Assembly (NCBI GenBank): GCA_044344255.1
Contig: JBIJDH010000005.1
Location: 256,001 to 320,000, forward strand
Reading direction: 5' to 3'
Length of the DNA stretch: 64,000 bases
Source of the DNA: Myxococcota bacterium
GTDB lineage: Bacteria; Myxococcota_A; UBA796; UBA2385
Part shown: positions 1-10,834 of the stretch, piece by piece
How the letters are laid out: the number at the start of each line of letters is the position of its first letter
How positions within the stretch are numbered: the first letter of the stretch is position 1
Position numbers and translations under genes: made by a program
The notes under the pieces: model-generated
The model's database searches: none
Seen by the model: the letters and a program-made list of their open reading frames with translations, nothing else
Told to the model about the DNA's origin: nothing

Positions 1-226
1 TCGAGCGCACCTCCTCGAAGTGCCACCACTGCCGCCAGAGCCAGCCGCCGAGCTCTCCGCCGCCGAGGATGACCCCGTCGAGGTGCCCGGCCACCGGCCA
101 GGTCAGCGCGACGGCCGCCGCGGCGAAGATCAGCACCGCCGCGGAGCCCTCGAGGGAGGCCCGCCGCAGCCGCAGCCGGGTGATCGGGTCCATCCGTCGC
201 AGATTCAGGGTGTCGCGCAGGGGCAT
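1..226 (-). CDS. Polytopic membrane protein, 5' part only (runs off the window); paralog of 227-1993
   Basis: Manual translation from ATG at 226: MPLRDTLNLRRMDP...AVALTWPVAGHLDGVILGGGELGGWLWRQWW. Shares the LTWP...W.WW N-terminal pattern with the adjacent gene, and its start abuts that gene's stop at 227. Confidence 0.7.
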   Translation of the reverse strand, partial: MPLRDTLNLRRMDPITRLRLRRASLEGSAAVLIFAAAAVALTWPVAGHLDGVILGGGELGGWLWRQWWHFEEVRS

Positions 227-1993
227 CTAGGGCGCCCCCCCGGCGCCGGGCGCGGTGAGGGTGTAGACGCGCAGCCCATCCTCGGGCCAGGGCCGGGCGC
301 CGCCGATGGCGCCGTCGAGCACGGCGAGCAGCTGCTCGAGCTTCCAGGCGGGGTACAGGCGCTCGTGGACCACGAGGTAGCGGTAGCCCTGTCGGGCCAA
401 GGCGCGGGCGCTCACCACGATGTCGAGCTCCGGTAGGCGGGCTGGCAGGGTGCGGGCTCGGCTGGCCTCCATGCGGATGAGGGTGGTGGTGAGCCGGTTG
501 CGGAGCAGCGCGGCGGGCATGGGGTCGTTCAAGCCCCACGGGGCCGGCCGCTGGTGGGCGGTCTGGTACCAGGAGTAGACGGCCCGCTCGAGGTTGGGGA
601 TCGTGAGCGGGAGGTCGAGGACGGCGCCGGGCGTGGGGTCGTCGGCCATCTCGAGGTAGGCCTGCGGGATGTGGGCGTCTCCGGCCGGGACGGGCAAGGT
701 GGCCGGCGAGCCGAGGCGCACCTCGACGAGGACGGCGAGGCAGAGCGCCAAGATGACGAGGCCCCGCCGCTGGGGCGACTGTCCGCGCAGCAGGTGGCGG
801 GCCCCCTGCGCGGCGAGCAGCCCGAGGCAGAGCATCACCCCGGTCACGAAACGAAAGGGGTGGGAGATGCGGTCGAAGAGGGGCAGCCCCTCGAAGAGCA
901 GCAAGAAGGGGAGGGGGATTCGGTGCCCAGCCAGCTCGACGTAGCGCCCGCCCGCGTGGAGGTAGGGGCCGAGGCTGAACAGGAAGAACATGCCGCCGAT
1001 CCACAGCCAGGGCTGATTCTCGCGGCCTCTACGGGTGGCGAGCAGCGCCGCGGCCGACAGCCCGAGGGCGATCCAGCCGAGGTAGATGATGATGACCAGC
1101 TCCTCACCGTAGAGGGTGAAGAGGTCGGGCCGCGGCGTCTTCCCGGGGATGAGCAGCGCGTAGACGTCGGTCATGTTGTGGTTGAGCAGGGAGCCCCACA
1201 CGAAGTCGGGGTCGCGGGTGACGAGGGCGTCGTCGGCCTCGAGGGAGGCGCGGAAGCCGAGCAGCATCGGCCCGACGAGGGCGCCGGCCAGGAGCCCCCC
1301 GCCGCCGAGGGCGAACAGCCAGCGGCGGGCGCTGACCACCTCGGTCTGCTGGGCGAGGGTCCAGAGCAGCAGCACCACGCCGGCGATCGCGGTGAGCAGG
1401 CCGTAATACCAGCTCGTGAGCACGCAGGCGGCGGCGGCGAGGCCGAGCAGGGCGCCCCGCTTCAGGCTGGGGCGGTCGATGACCCGCACGAGGGCCCAGA
1501 GGGTGAGCGGCATCCAGCCGGCGCAGACGGTCTCGGAGATGCCGTTGTAGGCCTGCCCGAGGAGCTGGGGGGAGGCGCCGTAGATGAGGGCGGCGAGGGC
1601 GGCGGTGAGGTCGTCTCCGCTCACCCGGCGGGCGAGGAGCCAGGCGGCGAAGGCGGAGAAGGCGACGCCGCTCATCATCACGACGTTGAACGCGAAGGCG
1701 GGGCCGAGCGTGAGGGTGAGCGGGGCCACCGCGACCGCTTGGACCGTGTCGATGAAGTAGAGCGTGCCGCCGTCGGGAAAAGCGAGGAGGTCGGTGTGGG
1801 CGGGCCAGCGGCCCTGGCGGAGCTCATCGGCGACCCACCAGTAGCCCCAGGCGTGGTTCCAGGTGTCGTTGCCCGGGTGGCCGAGCAGGCGGTCGACCGG
1901 GTGCAACAGCACGGGCCACGTCAGCAGGACGGCGAGGCCGATGGCGCCGAGCGCGGCCAGGAGGGTGGGGGATCGGGACGCGGCGGGGCCCAT
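227..1993 (-). CDS. Polytopic membrane protein, GT-C/YfhO-like putative glycosyltransferase
   Basis: Many TM segments; LTWP, 'LAFPDGGTL', 'FSLGP', 'PFRF' and 'GAVLDLP..YQTAHQRP' motifs. Start taken at MGPAAS. Confidence 0.6.
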   Translation of the reverse strand: MGPAASRSPTLLAALGAIGLAVLLTWPVLLHPVDRLLGHPGNDTWNHAWGYWWVADELRQGRWPAHTDLLAFPDGGTLYFIDTVQAVAVAPLTLTLGPAFAFNVVMMSGVAFSAFAAWLLARRVSGDDLTAALAALIYGASPQLLGQAYNGISETVCAGWMPLTLWALVRVIDRPSLKRGALLGLAAAACVLTSWYYGLLTAIAGVVLLLWTLAQQTEVVSARRWLFALGGGGLLAGALVGPMLLGFRASLEADDALVTRDPDFVWGSLLNHNMTDVYALLIPGKTPRPDLFTLYGEELVIIIYLGWIALGLSAAALLATRRGRENQPWLWIGGMFFLFSLGPYLHAGGRYVELAGHRIPLPFLLLFEGLPLFDRISHPFRFVTGVMLCLGLLAAQGARHLLRGQSPQRRGLVILALCLAVLVEVRLGSPATLPVPAGDAHIPQAYLEMADDPTPGAVLDLPLTIPNLERAVYSWYQTAHQRPAPWGLNDPMPAALLRNRLTTTLIRMEASRARTLPARLPELDIVVSARALARQGYRYLVVHERLYPAWKLEQLLAVLDGAIGGARPWPEDGLRVYTLTAPGAGGAP

Positions 1994-2036
1994 GGTCGGG
2001 CAGTCTACCGGAGCGAGCGGTGGTAGGCTCGGCCGG

Positions 2037-2945
2037 ATGCGCTGGTCCACACTCTTCGCCTGCCTGCTCGGCGGCCTGCTCGGATGCCTCGCCGCCTGTG
2101 GCGGGGAGCCCACCCCTCTGCCCACGGAGGCCGCCGTCGCCGAGCTCGACCGCAGCCTGGAGCCGCCGCTCTACCAGCTCCTCTACGACGCGCCCCTGCT
2201 GCCCGATCTCCAGCACGACGCCGCCAAGGTGCGGCTGCTGATCTGGCTCCGGCACATGCAGCTCAGCGCCGAGCAGCTCCAGCGCCTCGCCGGCCTCCGC
2301 GCCACCGCGATCGAGCGTAAGGCCCGGCTCGACGCCGCCGAGGCGCAGGTCACCTCGCGGTACGCCGGGGAGGAGAGTCGGGTCTACGCCGAGCTCTGGG
2401 GGGCGATGTCGAGGGGGGCGCCGACGGACGCCCCCGAGATGACGGACCTCACCGAGCAGCTCCGTGAGCTCCGGGCTGGCGGCGCGCGGGAGCGCGAGCT
2501 CCTGACCCTCCGCCTCGAGGGCATCCGCTCGATCCTCGACGCGGAGCAGGAGTTCCTCCGCTCGCTGAGCCCGCGCCAGGAGGCCCTGCTCGCCGACGCC
2601 CTCTTCTTTCTGCGCCACCGCCTCGACCCCGTCGCCAACCCGGGCGACTTCCGCGCCCTCGCTGGGAGCGTCTACGAGCAAGGCCAGTACGCGATCCTCA
2701 CCCGCGGCACCGGCGACGTGGCGGGCGAGAACCTGAACATCGGCGCCCTGTGGTCAGAGGCCCCCGGCATCCAGGCCCATGAGCTGCACGAGGCCCGCCG
2801 AGAGGTCATCCTCTTCCTCGCGCTGCTCGAGCCGGGCCTCGAGGAGGCCGTCGCCGCGGCGCTGCCGCTCGCAGGGGTCCCCGCGGGGGGCGGAGCTTCA
2901 TCTTCTGCGCCGCCACCGTCGCAGCCGCAGCCGCCTGCGCCGTGA
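2037..2945 (+). CDS. Hypothetical lipoprotein
   Basis: Signal peptide ending in LAAC lipobox; helical body; stop overlaps the next start. Confidence 0.65.
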   Translation: MRWSTLFACLLGGLLGCLAACGGEPTPLPTEAAVAELDRSLEPPLYQLLYDAPLLPDLQHDAAKVRLLIWLRHMQLSAEQLQRLAGLRATAIERKARLDAAEAQVTSRYAGEESRVYAELWGAMSRGAPTDAPEMTDLTEQLRELRAGGARERELLTLRLEGIRSILDAEQEFLRSLSPRQEALLADALFFLRHRLDPVANPGDFRALAGSVYEQGQYAILTRGTGDVAGENLNIGALWSEAPGIQAHELHEARREVILFLALLEPGLEEAVAAALPLAGVPAGGGASSSAPPPSQPQPPAP

Positions 2946-3829
2946 CCCAGCGGGTGCAGGTGGTGCTGCCCCGCCACCTCGGGGACGCGGTGCTGACGCT
3001 CGGCGCGGTGGAGTCGCTGTTGGGCCTCGGGCCTGTCTGGCTCTCCGGGGGCGGCTTCACCCGGGAGCTCTTCGGCCACCTCGACGTCCACTTCGGTTGG
3101 ACAGAGGCCGCAGACCTCGCGGTCCTGTTCAAGCCCTCGTTCAGCGCCGCCTGGCAGGCGCGGCGGGCGGCGCGGCGGGTGGGGCTGGCCACTGACGGGC
3201 GCTGGCCCCTGCTCGACGTCGCCGTGGTGCCCGGTCGGGGGCATCGGATCGAGGACTTCGCGGCGATCGTAAGGGCCGCTGGAGCGCCGACACCGCGCCT
3301 GCCTCACCTCCCGACCGCCGTCGGCCCCTCCCTCGCGGGGCACCAGCTCCTGCTGCCGGGGAGCCGGAGCGGCGTGACCGTTCGGTGGCCGGGCTACCGG
3401 GCCCTGGCCGATCGCCTCGCAGGGGAGGGGGTGCGGGTGCTCTTCGCGGGCGGCCCCGACGAGGAGGCCGACGTGGCCGCGATCGCCGGGCCTCACCCCC
3501 GGCTCGGCTCCACCGCGCTGCACGACATCGCCTCGGCCGCCGCGCGGGTCGATCGGGTCATCGGCAACGACGCGGGGCTCAGCCACCTCGCCGCTGCGGC
3601 GCGGCGCGGGGCGGGCCGGTCCGTCTCGGATGTGGTCGTGATCTGTGGATCGACCGCCCCGGATCGCACCGCGGCGCCGGGAGCGAGCGCCCTCCGAGCG
3701 CCTCGCCCTCCCCCCTGTTGGCCCTGCTACCGGAAGTCATGCCCGGTTGGACTGTCGTGTATGGACTTCGACCCCTTCGCCGGAGCCGACCCTGCTCAGT
3801 TCAGCGTCCCCGTCGTGGTGACCGAGTAG
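2942..3829 (+). CDS. Glycosyltransferase family 9 (heptosyltransferase-like)
   Basis: 'PRHLGDAVL', 'IGNDAGLSHLAAA' and C-terminal 'CWPCYRKSCP..C' motifs. Confidence 0.8.
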   Translation: MTQRVQVVLPRHLGDAVLTLGAVESLLGLGPVWLSGGGFTRELFGHLDVHFGWTEAADLAVLFKPSFSAAWQARRAARRVGLATDGRWPLLDVAVVPGRGHRIEDFAAIVRAAGAPTPRLPHLPTAVGPSLAGHQLLLPGSRSGVTVRWPGYRALADRLAGEGVRVLFAGGPDEEADVAAIAGPHPRLGSTALHDIASAAARVDRVIGNDAGLSHLAAAARRGAGRSVSDVVVICGSTAPDRTAAPGASALRAPRPPPCWPCYRKSCPVGLSCMDFDPFAGADPAQFSVPVVVTE

Positions 3830-4368
3830 GTGTAGTAGTAGCCGTATCCGTAGGCAGAGGCCTCGTAGGTGTAGGAGGTCCAGCTCAGCTCGTCCCCCGA
3901 CTTGTCAGCGAGGTAGACAGGGTACCACTGGTCATTGTACTCGTACATCATCACCTCGTAGGTGGTGTCATTGTACGGGTACTCGGCGACGTAGGCGAGG
4001 GTCTGTTCAAAATCTTCGGAGGGGCTGCAGGCGCCGTCGTTCAGGTCGCTCTTGCTCTCGTTGTACACATAGCGGAGGTCGAGCGAGAAGTCACAGTCGG
4101 GGCAAGCCTCCGAATAGCTGCCCTCGACGTCCCAGACCCAAGCGCAGAGGCCCTCGCTGGTGTCGCCCCCGACGAGGTTGACGTCGTCCGACATCTCTCC
4201 CTCGAAGTCCGCGCCGCCGCCGCCGCCGCCGCCACCTCCGTCACCGCCGCCTTCTTCTTCGCTGAGCAAGTCACCGACGGCCTTGTCAATACAACCCGAC
4301 ACCGTGGTGACGGTGAGGACGAGGAGGGCGAGGGGAGCAAAGCGCGCGAGCGGGGACTTGGAAGACAA
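3796..4368 (-). CDS. Hypothetical acidic lipoprotein with poly-Gly linker
   Basis: VSGC lipobox, Gly run, 'CPDCDF' motif, Tyr-rich C-terminus. Confidence 0.65.
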   Translation of the reverse strand: MSSKSPLARFAPLALLVLTVTTVSGCIDKAVGDLLSEEEGGGDGGGGGGGGGADFEGEMSDDVNLVGGDTSEGLCAWVWDVEGSYSEACPDCDFSLDLRYVYNESKSDLNDGACSPSEDFEQTLAYVAEYPYNDTTYEVMMYEYNDQWYPVYLADKSGDELSWTSYTYEASAYGYGYYYTYSVTTTGTLN

Positions 4369-4501
4369 GCGGACTCCAATGTTGCCGGAGCAGTATCGCG
4401 GAGCGGCGCCCGCGTCGGGGAGCGGGCGTGCGGCGAAGTCGTGAATTCGCGAGCGGCCTGCTGCGCATCAACCCGGACCGGCGGGTTAACCGGCGGACAC
4501 C

Positions 4502-4927
4502 ATGGCCCTCATCTCGATTACAGACCGCCTCTTCATCGACGAGGCTCACCTCCACGAGGACTTCGCGCGGGCCGGCGGTCCCGGCGGCCAGAACGTCAAC
4601 AAGGTAGAGACGGCGGTACAGCTCCGCTTTGACCTCGCCGCCTCCGCCCTCCCCGAGGAGGTGAAGCTCCGGGCGGGCGCCCTCGCGGGGAGCCGCCTCA
4701 CCGCCGAGGGGGTCATCCTCATCCTCGCGCGCCGCTTCCGCACCCAGGACGCCAACCGTAAGGACGCTCGCGAGCGGCTGATCGCCCTCCTCCGGGCGGC
4801 CTCGGTGCGCCCGGAGCTCCGCCGCCCGACCCGCCCCACCGCGGGCTCTCGTCGGCGCCGCCTCGCCGGGAAGGCCCAGCGTGGGGAGACGAAGCGGCTG
4901 CGCGGCAAGGTGGACAAGGGGGACTGA
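4502..4927 (+). CDS. arfB: Alternative ribosome rescue peptidyl-tRNA hydrolase ArfB
   Basis: '[11 protein letters not shown]' GGQ motif and basic tail 'RRPTRPT...RRL..K'. Confidence 0.93.
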   Translation: MALISITDRLFIDEAHLHEDFARAGGPGGQNVNKVETAVQLRFDLAASALPEEVKLRAGALAGSRLTAEGVILILARRFRTQDANRKDARERLIALLRAASVRPELRRPTRPTAGSRRRRLAGKAQRGETKRLRGKVDKGD

Positions 4928-4944
4928 ACAGAGTAGCAGGGTGT

Positions 4945-6966
4945 ATGGCCGACTTCAAGCTGCACCTGCCCTACCAGCCCGCCGGCGACCAGCCTGGCGC
5001 CATTCAGGCCCTCACCGAGGGGGTGCTCCGCGGAGACCGCCACCAGGTGCTGCTCGGCGCCACCGGCACCGGCAAGACCTTCACGATCGCCAACGTCATC
5101 GCGAACGTGAAGCGTCCCACGCTGGTGCTCTCCCACAACAAGACGCTGGCCGCTCAGCTCTTCGGCGAGCTGCGAAACTACTTCCCCGACAACGCGGTCG
5201 AGTATTTCGTAAGTTACTACGACTACTATCAGCCAGAGGCTTACGTCGCGTCGTCTGACACGTACATCCAAAAAGACGCGCTCATCAACGAGCGAATCGA
5301 CAAGCTGCGCCACAGCGCGACGCGCACCCTCCTCCAGAGAGACGACGTCATCATCGTCTCGAGCGTCTCTTGCATCTACGGCCTCGGCTCCCGCGAGGCC
5401 TACGACGGCATGCTCCTCGCCCTGCACGTGGGCCAGCAGATCGACCGACGCGTGATCCTGAGCAAGCTGACCGAGATCCAGTACGAGAGGAACGAGGCGG
5501 ACTTTCACCGTGGCACCTTCAGAGCCCGGGGCGACGTCATCGAGATCTTCCCCGCCCACGAAGACGAGCGGGCGATCCGGGTGGAGCTCTTCGGCGATGA
5601 GGTGGAGCGCATCAGCGTGATCGACGCGCTGCGCGGCCAGCGCCTCGAGCCGCTTGACCGCGTCGCCATCTACCCGGCCAGCCACTACGTCACCCCCGAG
5701 GCCGAGATGCGGCGGGCGGTGGCCGCCATCCGGGTCGAGCTGGGCGAGCGCCTCACCGAGCTCCGGGAGCGGAGCTGGCTGCTGGAGGCGCAGCGGCTCG
5801 AGGAGCGGACGATGTTCGACCTCGAGATGATCGAGCAGACGGGTCGCTGCAACGGCATCGAGAACTACTCCCGCCACCTCTCCGGCCGGGAGACGGGTGC
5901 GCCGCCGCCCACCCTCATCGAGTTCTTCCCGGCGCACCGGTGGTTGTTGGTGGCCGACGAGAGCCACGTCACGATGCCCCAGGTCTCGGGCATGTTCAAG
6001 GGCGACCGTTCGCGAAAAGAGACGCTCGTACGCCATGGGTTTCGCCTTCCGAGCGCGCTTGACAACCGGCCCCTGCGCTTCGAGGAGTTTGAGGACATCG
6101 TCCACCAGGCGATCTTCGTGTCGGCCACCCCCGCGGAGTACGAGCTGGCCGCCGCGGGGGGCGTGGTGGTGGAGCAGATCATTCGCCCCACCGGCCTGCT
6201 GGACCCTGTGATCACCGTGCGCCCCGCCGCCCAGCAGGTCGATGACCTCCTGGCCGAGATCCGCGCTACCATCGCCGCGGGGAACCGCGCGCTGGTCACG
6301 GTCCTCACCAAGCGCATGGCCCAGGAGCTGGCCGACTACTACCAGGAGCTCGGCCTCAAGTGCCGCTACCTCCACTCCGACATCGACACCCTCGAGCGGG
6401 TCGAGATCGTGCGCGACCTCCGCCTCGGCGTCTACGACGTGCTGGTGGGCATCAACCTCCTGCGGGAGGGCCTCGACATCCCCGAGGTGGCCCTGGTCGC
6501 AGTGCTCGACGCCGACAAGGAGGGCTTCCTCCGCAACGCCACCTCCCTCATCCAGACCATCGGCCGCGCCGCCCGAAACGTCGATGGTCGCGTCATCCTC
6601 TACGCAGACCGCCTCACCCCCTCGATGGAGCAGGCCATCGGCGAGACCGACCGCCGCCGGGAGAAGCAGGTCGCTTACAACCTGGAGCACGGCATCACCC
6701 CGGAGACCATCCGCAAGTCGGTGGAGAGCCCGCTGGCGATGCTGCTCGACGGCGAGCGGGTGCTGGCCCGCAAGGACGCCGGCCCGCAGCTCCCCCTCAC
6801 CGAGAAGGGGCAGGTCGACGCTCAGAGCGTGGGCAACACGATCAAGCGCCTCAAGGCCGAGATGAAGGACGCCGCCAAGCGCCTCGAGTTCGAGCGGGCC
6901 GCCGAGCTCCGAGACCGTGTCCGCGAGATGGAGACCTGGGCCCTCGAGGCCGGGGTGGCGGTGTAG
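4945..6966 (+). CDS. uvrB: Excinuclease ABC subunit B
   Basis: '[10 protein letters not shown]', '[14 protein letters not shown]', 'DESH', '[10 protein letters not shown]' and C-terminal UVR 'FERAAELRD'. Confidence 0.98.
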   Translation: MADFKLHLPYQPAGDQPGAIQALTEGVLRGDRHQVLLGATGTGKTFTIANVIANVKRPTLVLSHNKTLAAQLFGELRNYFPDNAVEYFVSYYDYYQPEAYVASSDTYIQKDALINERIDKLRHSATRTLLQRDDVIIVSSVSCIYGLGSREAYDGMLLALHVGQQIDRRVILSKLTEIQYERNEADFHRGTFRARGDVIEIFPAHEDERAIRVELFGDEVERISVIDALRGQRLEPLDRVAIYPASHYVTPEAEMRRAVAAIRVELGERLTELRERSWLLEAQRLEERTMFDLEMIEQTGRCNGIENYSRHLSGRETGAPPPTLIEFFPAHRWLLVADESHVTMPQVSGMFKGDRSRKETLVRHGFRLPSALDNRPLRFEEFEDIVHQAIFVSATPAEYELAAAGGVVVEQIIRPTGLLDPVITVRPAAQQVDDLLAEIRATIAAGNRALVTVLTKRMAQELADYYQELGLKCRYLHSDIDTLERVEIVRDLRLGVYDVLVGINLLREGLDIPEVALVAVLDADKEGFLRNATSLIQTIGRAARNVDGRVILYADRLTPSMEQAIGETDRRREKQVAYNLEHGITPETIRKSVESPLAMLLDGERVLARKDAGPQLPLTEKGQVDAQSVGNTIKRLKAEMKDAAKRLEFERAAELRDRVREMETWALEAGVAV

Positions 6967-7018
6967 TCTCCGGGCGTCTTCCCCGGGGAGGCCGTCGCTC
7001 GGCCTCGCTCAGCCTCGA

Positions 7019-8179
7019 TCAGTGCCGCCGCTCGAAGTGGCCGCGAACGGTGGGCTTGCCGTCCTTCAGGAGCACCCTTCCGCCGGCGATGACGAGCTGG
7101 GGTCGCAGGTCGTGGTTGACGGCGACGATGTCGGCCCGGTGACCCACGCGCAGGCGCCCGCGGTCGTGCAGGCGGTAGAGGCTGGCCACGTTGGCGGTGC
7201 AGGGGGCGAGGGCGGCGGGCAGCTCGACGCCGCGGTCCAGCAGGGAGGCGACGGTCTCGAGCAGGTTGGCGCTGGAGCCCACTCCCATCTGCGTGAGCAC
7301 GCCGTCCTTGTTGAAGGTGGGCAGGCAGCCGCCTCCGTCCGAGGAGAGGGTGATGCGGGCGGGATCGAGGCCCGCCTCGAGGTACTCGGCGATCGCCTCC
7401 CCGGCGAGGAGGCCGTCCCCGTCGGCGTCAAAGGCGGTGACGTCGATGAAGCAGCCGCGCTCGGAGAGCGCCTTGGCCTCCTCCCACAGCCGGCGGTTGC
7501 GGTTGACGTGGGTGGGGTGGAAGACCCGGGGCGGCAGCTCGGTCTGGTCGAGCAGGCGCCGGATCGGGGCGAGGCCGCGGGGCCCGTCACCGAGGTGCAG
7601 GTGCAGGATGCCGGCCTTCTTCGTCATCATGCCGGCGACGTGCGCGTCGCTCGCGAGGCGGGCCAGCTCCTCGTCGGTGGGCTGAGAGCTCCGGTGGTCG
7701 GAGATGGCCACCTCGCCGACGCCGATGATGCGGTCGATGTGGACGATGTCGCCGCGGACAGAGCCCGTGAGCGTGGGCGGGGGCAGCATGTAGCCGCCGG
7801 TGAAGCAGAAGGCGCTGAGGCCGTAGCTCTCGAGGCCACGCGCGACCGCGAGGAGCTCGGCGATGGAGCGGGTGCTGCAGTCGGTCCCGAGCAGGCCGAT
7901 CGCGGTCGTGACGCCGGCGCGGCTGAGCTCGGAGAGCTGCACGGCGGGCACGCGGGTCTCGGCGCCGCCCTCGCCGCCGCCGCCGGTGAGGTGGGTGTGG
8001 CCGTCGATGAGGCCGGGCAGCAGCAGCATCCCGCTGAGGTCGATCTCGGTGACCGGCCAGTCGGCGGAGGGGGGCGACAGGTAGGGCGCCATCGCGACGA
8101 TGCGGTCGCCGCCGATCAGCAGGTCCTGCTCCCCGAGGGCGTCAGGGGCATAGACATCGGCGTTTCGGAGGAGGATCAT
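7019..8179 (-). CDS. iadA: Isoaspartyl dipeptidase (beta-aspartyl peptidase)
   Basis: 'PGLIDGHTHLTGGGGEGG', 'GEVAISDHRSS', 'PTHVNRN', 'SSDGGG'. Alternative GTG start at 8191. Confidence 0.93.
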   Translation of the reverse strand: MILLRNADVYAPDALGEQDLLIGGDRIVAMAPYLSPPSADWPVTEIDLSGMLLLPGLIDGHTHLTGGGGEGGAETRVPAVQLSELSRAGVTTAIGLLGTDCSTRSIAELLAVARGLESYGLSAFCFTGGYMLPPPTLTGSVRGDIVHIDRIIGVGEVAISDHRSSQPTDEELARLASDAHVAGMMTKKAGILHLHLGDGPRGLAPIRRLLDQTELPPRVFHPTHVNRNRRLWEEAKALSERGCFIDVTAFDADGDGLLAGEAIAEYLEAGLDPARITLSSDGGGCLPTFNKDGVLTQMGVGSSANLLETVASLLDRGVELPAALAPCTANVASLYRLHDRGRLRVGHRADIVAVNHDLRPQLVIAGGRVLLKDGKPTVRGHFERRH

Positions 8180-8239
8180 CGCGACGTCCACTGTTCATGG
8201 TCCACTGTTCATGTGCGCCCGGGTGGAGACCCGTGCAGG

Positions 8240-8845
8240 TCAAGGGTAGCGCGCGGGGGAGGCGAGCCAGGCGGCCTCTTCGGCGCTGATCTCGCGGCCG
8301 AGGGGCTCATTGCGGGTGGGGAAGCGGCCGAAGCGGCGGATGACCTCCCGGTGCTGGTGCGCGTGGTGCAGCATGTTCTCGATCACGGGCCGCTCGGCGG
8401 GGCTGGCGGCGAGGAGGAGGGCCTCGTACTCGGCCACGGCCCGGTCCTGGATCGCGGGGTCTTCGGTGTGCTCGAGGGGCAGGTAGAGGAAGGACCGCTG
8501 GAAGGTGCCCATCTTGCGGTCTTCGCCCGCCTCCAAGGCGTAGAGGGCCGCGGAGAGGCCAAGCGGGTTCCAAGCGAACGCGAGCGCCGTGCCGCGGTGG
8601 GCGTTCCGGGGGAGCTGGTCGACCAGCACCACGAGGGCGAGCAGGCCCGCCGGGCTCGCGAGCCAGCGCCCGAGCAGCCCCAGTCGGGCCGCCTCGAGGG
8701 TGTCGCTGAAGCGCTCCCGCACGAGCTGATCGAGGTCGGGCCCGCCGGCGAACCAACGGGCGAAGTTGGGGGGGACCGCGGCCGCGGGGTCGGCGGTGCC
8801 GAACCAGAAGTCCAGGAGCTCGTTGGGCGAGGCGATTCGGGACAA
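8240..8845 (-). CDS. DUF924 family protein
   Basis: 'LDFWF', 'DQLPRN', 'FLYLPLEHTED', 'FGRFPTRN'. Confidence 0.88.
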   Translation of the reverse strand: MSRIASPNELLDFWFGTADPAAAVPPNFARWFAGGPDLDQLVRERFSDTLEAARLGLLGRWLASPAGLLALVVLVDQLPRNAHRGTALAFAWNPLGLSAALYALEAGEDRKMGTFQRSFLYLPLEHTEDPAIQDRAVAEYEALLLAASPAERPVIENMLHHAHQHREVIRRFGRFPTRNEPLGREISAEEAAWLASPARYP

Positions 8846-8889
8846 TGGGGCCTCCAGGGCGCGTCAGGGGTGGGGATGCGGCGTCGCGC

Positions 8890-10833
8890 TCAGGGGGCCG
8901 CCCGCTGGAGCAGGAGCTGGACGACCTGCTCGGCCGCCTCCTCCGAGCTCATCTTCGTGGTGTCGAGGTGCAGCTCGGGGGACTCGGGCGCCTCATAGGG
9001 GCTGTCGATGCCCGTGAAGTTCTTGAGCTGGCCGGCGCGGGCCTTCTTGTAGAGGCCCTTGACGTCCCGGTCTTCGGCGACCCCGAGCGGGGTGTCGACG
9101 AAGACCTCGATGAACTCGCCCGCTGGGATGACCTTGCGCACCATCTCCCGCTCGGCCTTGAAGGGAGAGATGAAGGCGGTGAGCACGATGAGCCCGGCGT
9201 CGGTCATGAGCTTGGCCACCTCGCCGACCCGCCGGATGTTCTCGACGCGGTCCTCGGCGGAGAAGCCGAGGTCGCGGTTGAGGCCGTGGCGGATATTGTC
9301 ACCGTCGAGGAGGAAGCTGTGTCGCCCGAGGGCGTGGAGCTTCTTCTCGACGAGGTTGGCGATGGTCGACTTCCCGGCGCCGGACAGCCCGGTGAACCAC
9401 ACCACGGCTGGCCGCTGGCCCTTCTGCAGCGCGTGGGCCTCGCGGGTGACCTCGACAGACTGCCAGTGGATGTTCTGGCTGCGACGGAGGGCGAAGTGCA
9501 ACATGCCCGCGCCCACCGTGCCGTTCGTCATCCGATCGATGAGGATGAAGCCGCCCAGATCGTGGTTCTCGGCGTAGGGCGCGAAAGGGACGGCGCGGTC
9601 GAGCGAGAGGTTGCAGACGCCGATGCTGTTGAGCGCCAGCGGCTTGCCGGGGAGCTGCTCGAGGGTGTTGACGTTGACCTGGTATTTCTCCTTGGTCACC
9701 GTGGCCGACACCGTGCTGGTGCCGATCTTCATCCAGTAGGGCCGACCGGGCATCAGCCGCTCGTCGCTCATCCAGACGAGCGTGGCCTCGAACTGGTCGG
9801 CCACCTCGAGGGGGGCGTCGGCGGCGACGATGAGGTCGCCGCGGCTGCAGTCGATCTCGTCGGCGAAGGTCAGGGTCACCGACTGCCCGGTCACCGCGCG
9901 GGGGAGGTCGCCGTCCATCGTCACCACGCGGGTGATGGTGGAGGTCTTGCCGGAGGGGAGCACCCGAACGGCGTCACCTGGGGCCACCGCGCCGCTGCAC
10001 ACCATCCCGGAGAAGCCGCGGAAGTCGAGGTTCGGACGGTTGACCCACTGCACCGCCATCCGGAAGGGGGCCCGGCGCGCGCTGTCCTCTTCGAGGGGCA
10101 CCGTCTCGAGGTGCTCCATCAAGGTCGGGCCCGAGTACCAGGGCATGTGCTCGGAGCGGAACGAGATGTTGTCGCCCTTCAAGCCTGAGATCGGGATCAC
10201 CGTGAAGTCGCGGATGCCGATGCTGGAGGCGAACGTGCGGTAGTCCGCTACGATGGTGTCGTACCGATCCTCACTGTAGCCGATGAGGTCCATCTTGTTG
10301 ATGGCCAGCACGAGCCGCTCGATGCCCAGCAGGTGCACGAGGTAGCTGTGGCGCCGTGTCTGGGTGAGCACCCCCTTGCGGCCGTCGATGAGGATGACCG
10401 CGAGGTCGGCGTTGGAGGCGCCGGTCACCATGTTGCGGGTGTACTGTTCATGCCCCGGCGTGTCGGCGACGATGAACTTTCGCTTGTCGGTGGCGAAGAA
10501 GCGGTAGGCGACGTCGATCGTGATGCCCTGCTCCCGCTCGGCGGCGAGGCCGTCGACCAGCAGCGCGAAGTCGATGTCCTGCCCCTGAGTGCCGACCTTC
10601 TTCGAGTCGGCCTCGAGGGCGGCGAGCTGGTCCTCGAAGATCATCTTCGAGTCGTAGAGGAGGCGCCCGATGAGCGTGGACTTGCCGTCGTCCACGGAGC
10701 CGCAGGTGAGGAAGCGCAGCAGCGTCTTGTGTTGGTGCTGCAGGAGGTAGGCGTGGATGTCCTCACGGATGAGGTCATCGACCACATAGGAGGAGGAGGG
10801 GGCGGGCGCGACGCTGGTCGTGGGGGTAGACAT
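8890..10833 (-). CDS. cysNC: Bifunctional sulfate adenylyltransferase subunit 1 / adenylyl-sulfate kinase (CysN/CysC, NodQ-type)
   Basis: '[16 protein letters not shown]', 'EREQGITID', and APS kinase '[12 protein letters not shown]', 'LDGDNIR'. Confidence 0.96.
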   Translation of the reverse strand: MSTPTTSVAPAPSSSYVVDDLIREDIHAYLLQHQHKTLLRFLTCGSVDDGKSTLIGRLLYDSKMIFEDQLAALEADSKKVGTQGQDIDFALLVDGLAAEREQGITIDVAYRFFATDKRKFIVADTPGHEQYTRNMVTGASNADLAVILIDGRKGVLTQTRRHSYLVHLLGIERLVLAINKMDLIGYSEDRYDTIVADYRTFASSIGIRDFTVIPISGLKGDNISFRSEHMPWYSGPTLMEHLETVPLEEDSARRAPFRMAVQWVNRPNLDFRGFSGMVCSGAVAPGDAVRVLPSGKTSTITRVVTMDGDLPRAVTGQSVTLTFADEIDCSRGDLIVAADAPLEVADQFEATLVWMSDERLMPGRPYWMKIGTSTVSATVTKEKYQVNVNTLEQLPGKPLALNSIGVCNLSLDRAVPFAPYAENHDLGGFILIDRMTNGTVGAGMLHFALRRSQNIHWQSVEVTREAHALQKGQRPAVVWFTGLSGAGKSTIANLVEKKLHALGRHSFLLDGDNIRHGLNRDLGFSAEDRVENIRRVGEVAKLMTDAGLIVLTAFISPFKAEREMVRKVIPAGEFIEVFVDTPLGVAEDRDVKGLYKKARAGQLKNFTGIDSPYEAPESPELHLDTTKMSSEEAAEQVVQLLLQRAAP

Positions 10834-10834
10834 C

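Noticed and set aside
4546..6690. Long antisense/alternative-frame ORFs (also 6917-8998, 34375-36822, 41928-44045, 44437-47196, 58465-60903)
   Set aside because: Shadows of well-supported genes, expected from high GC3 and stop-codon scarcity; no recognisable motifs.
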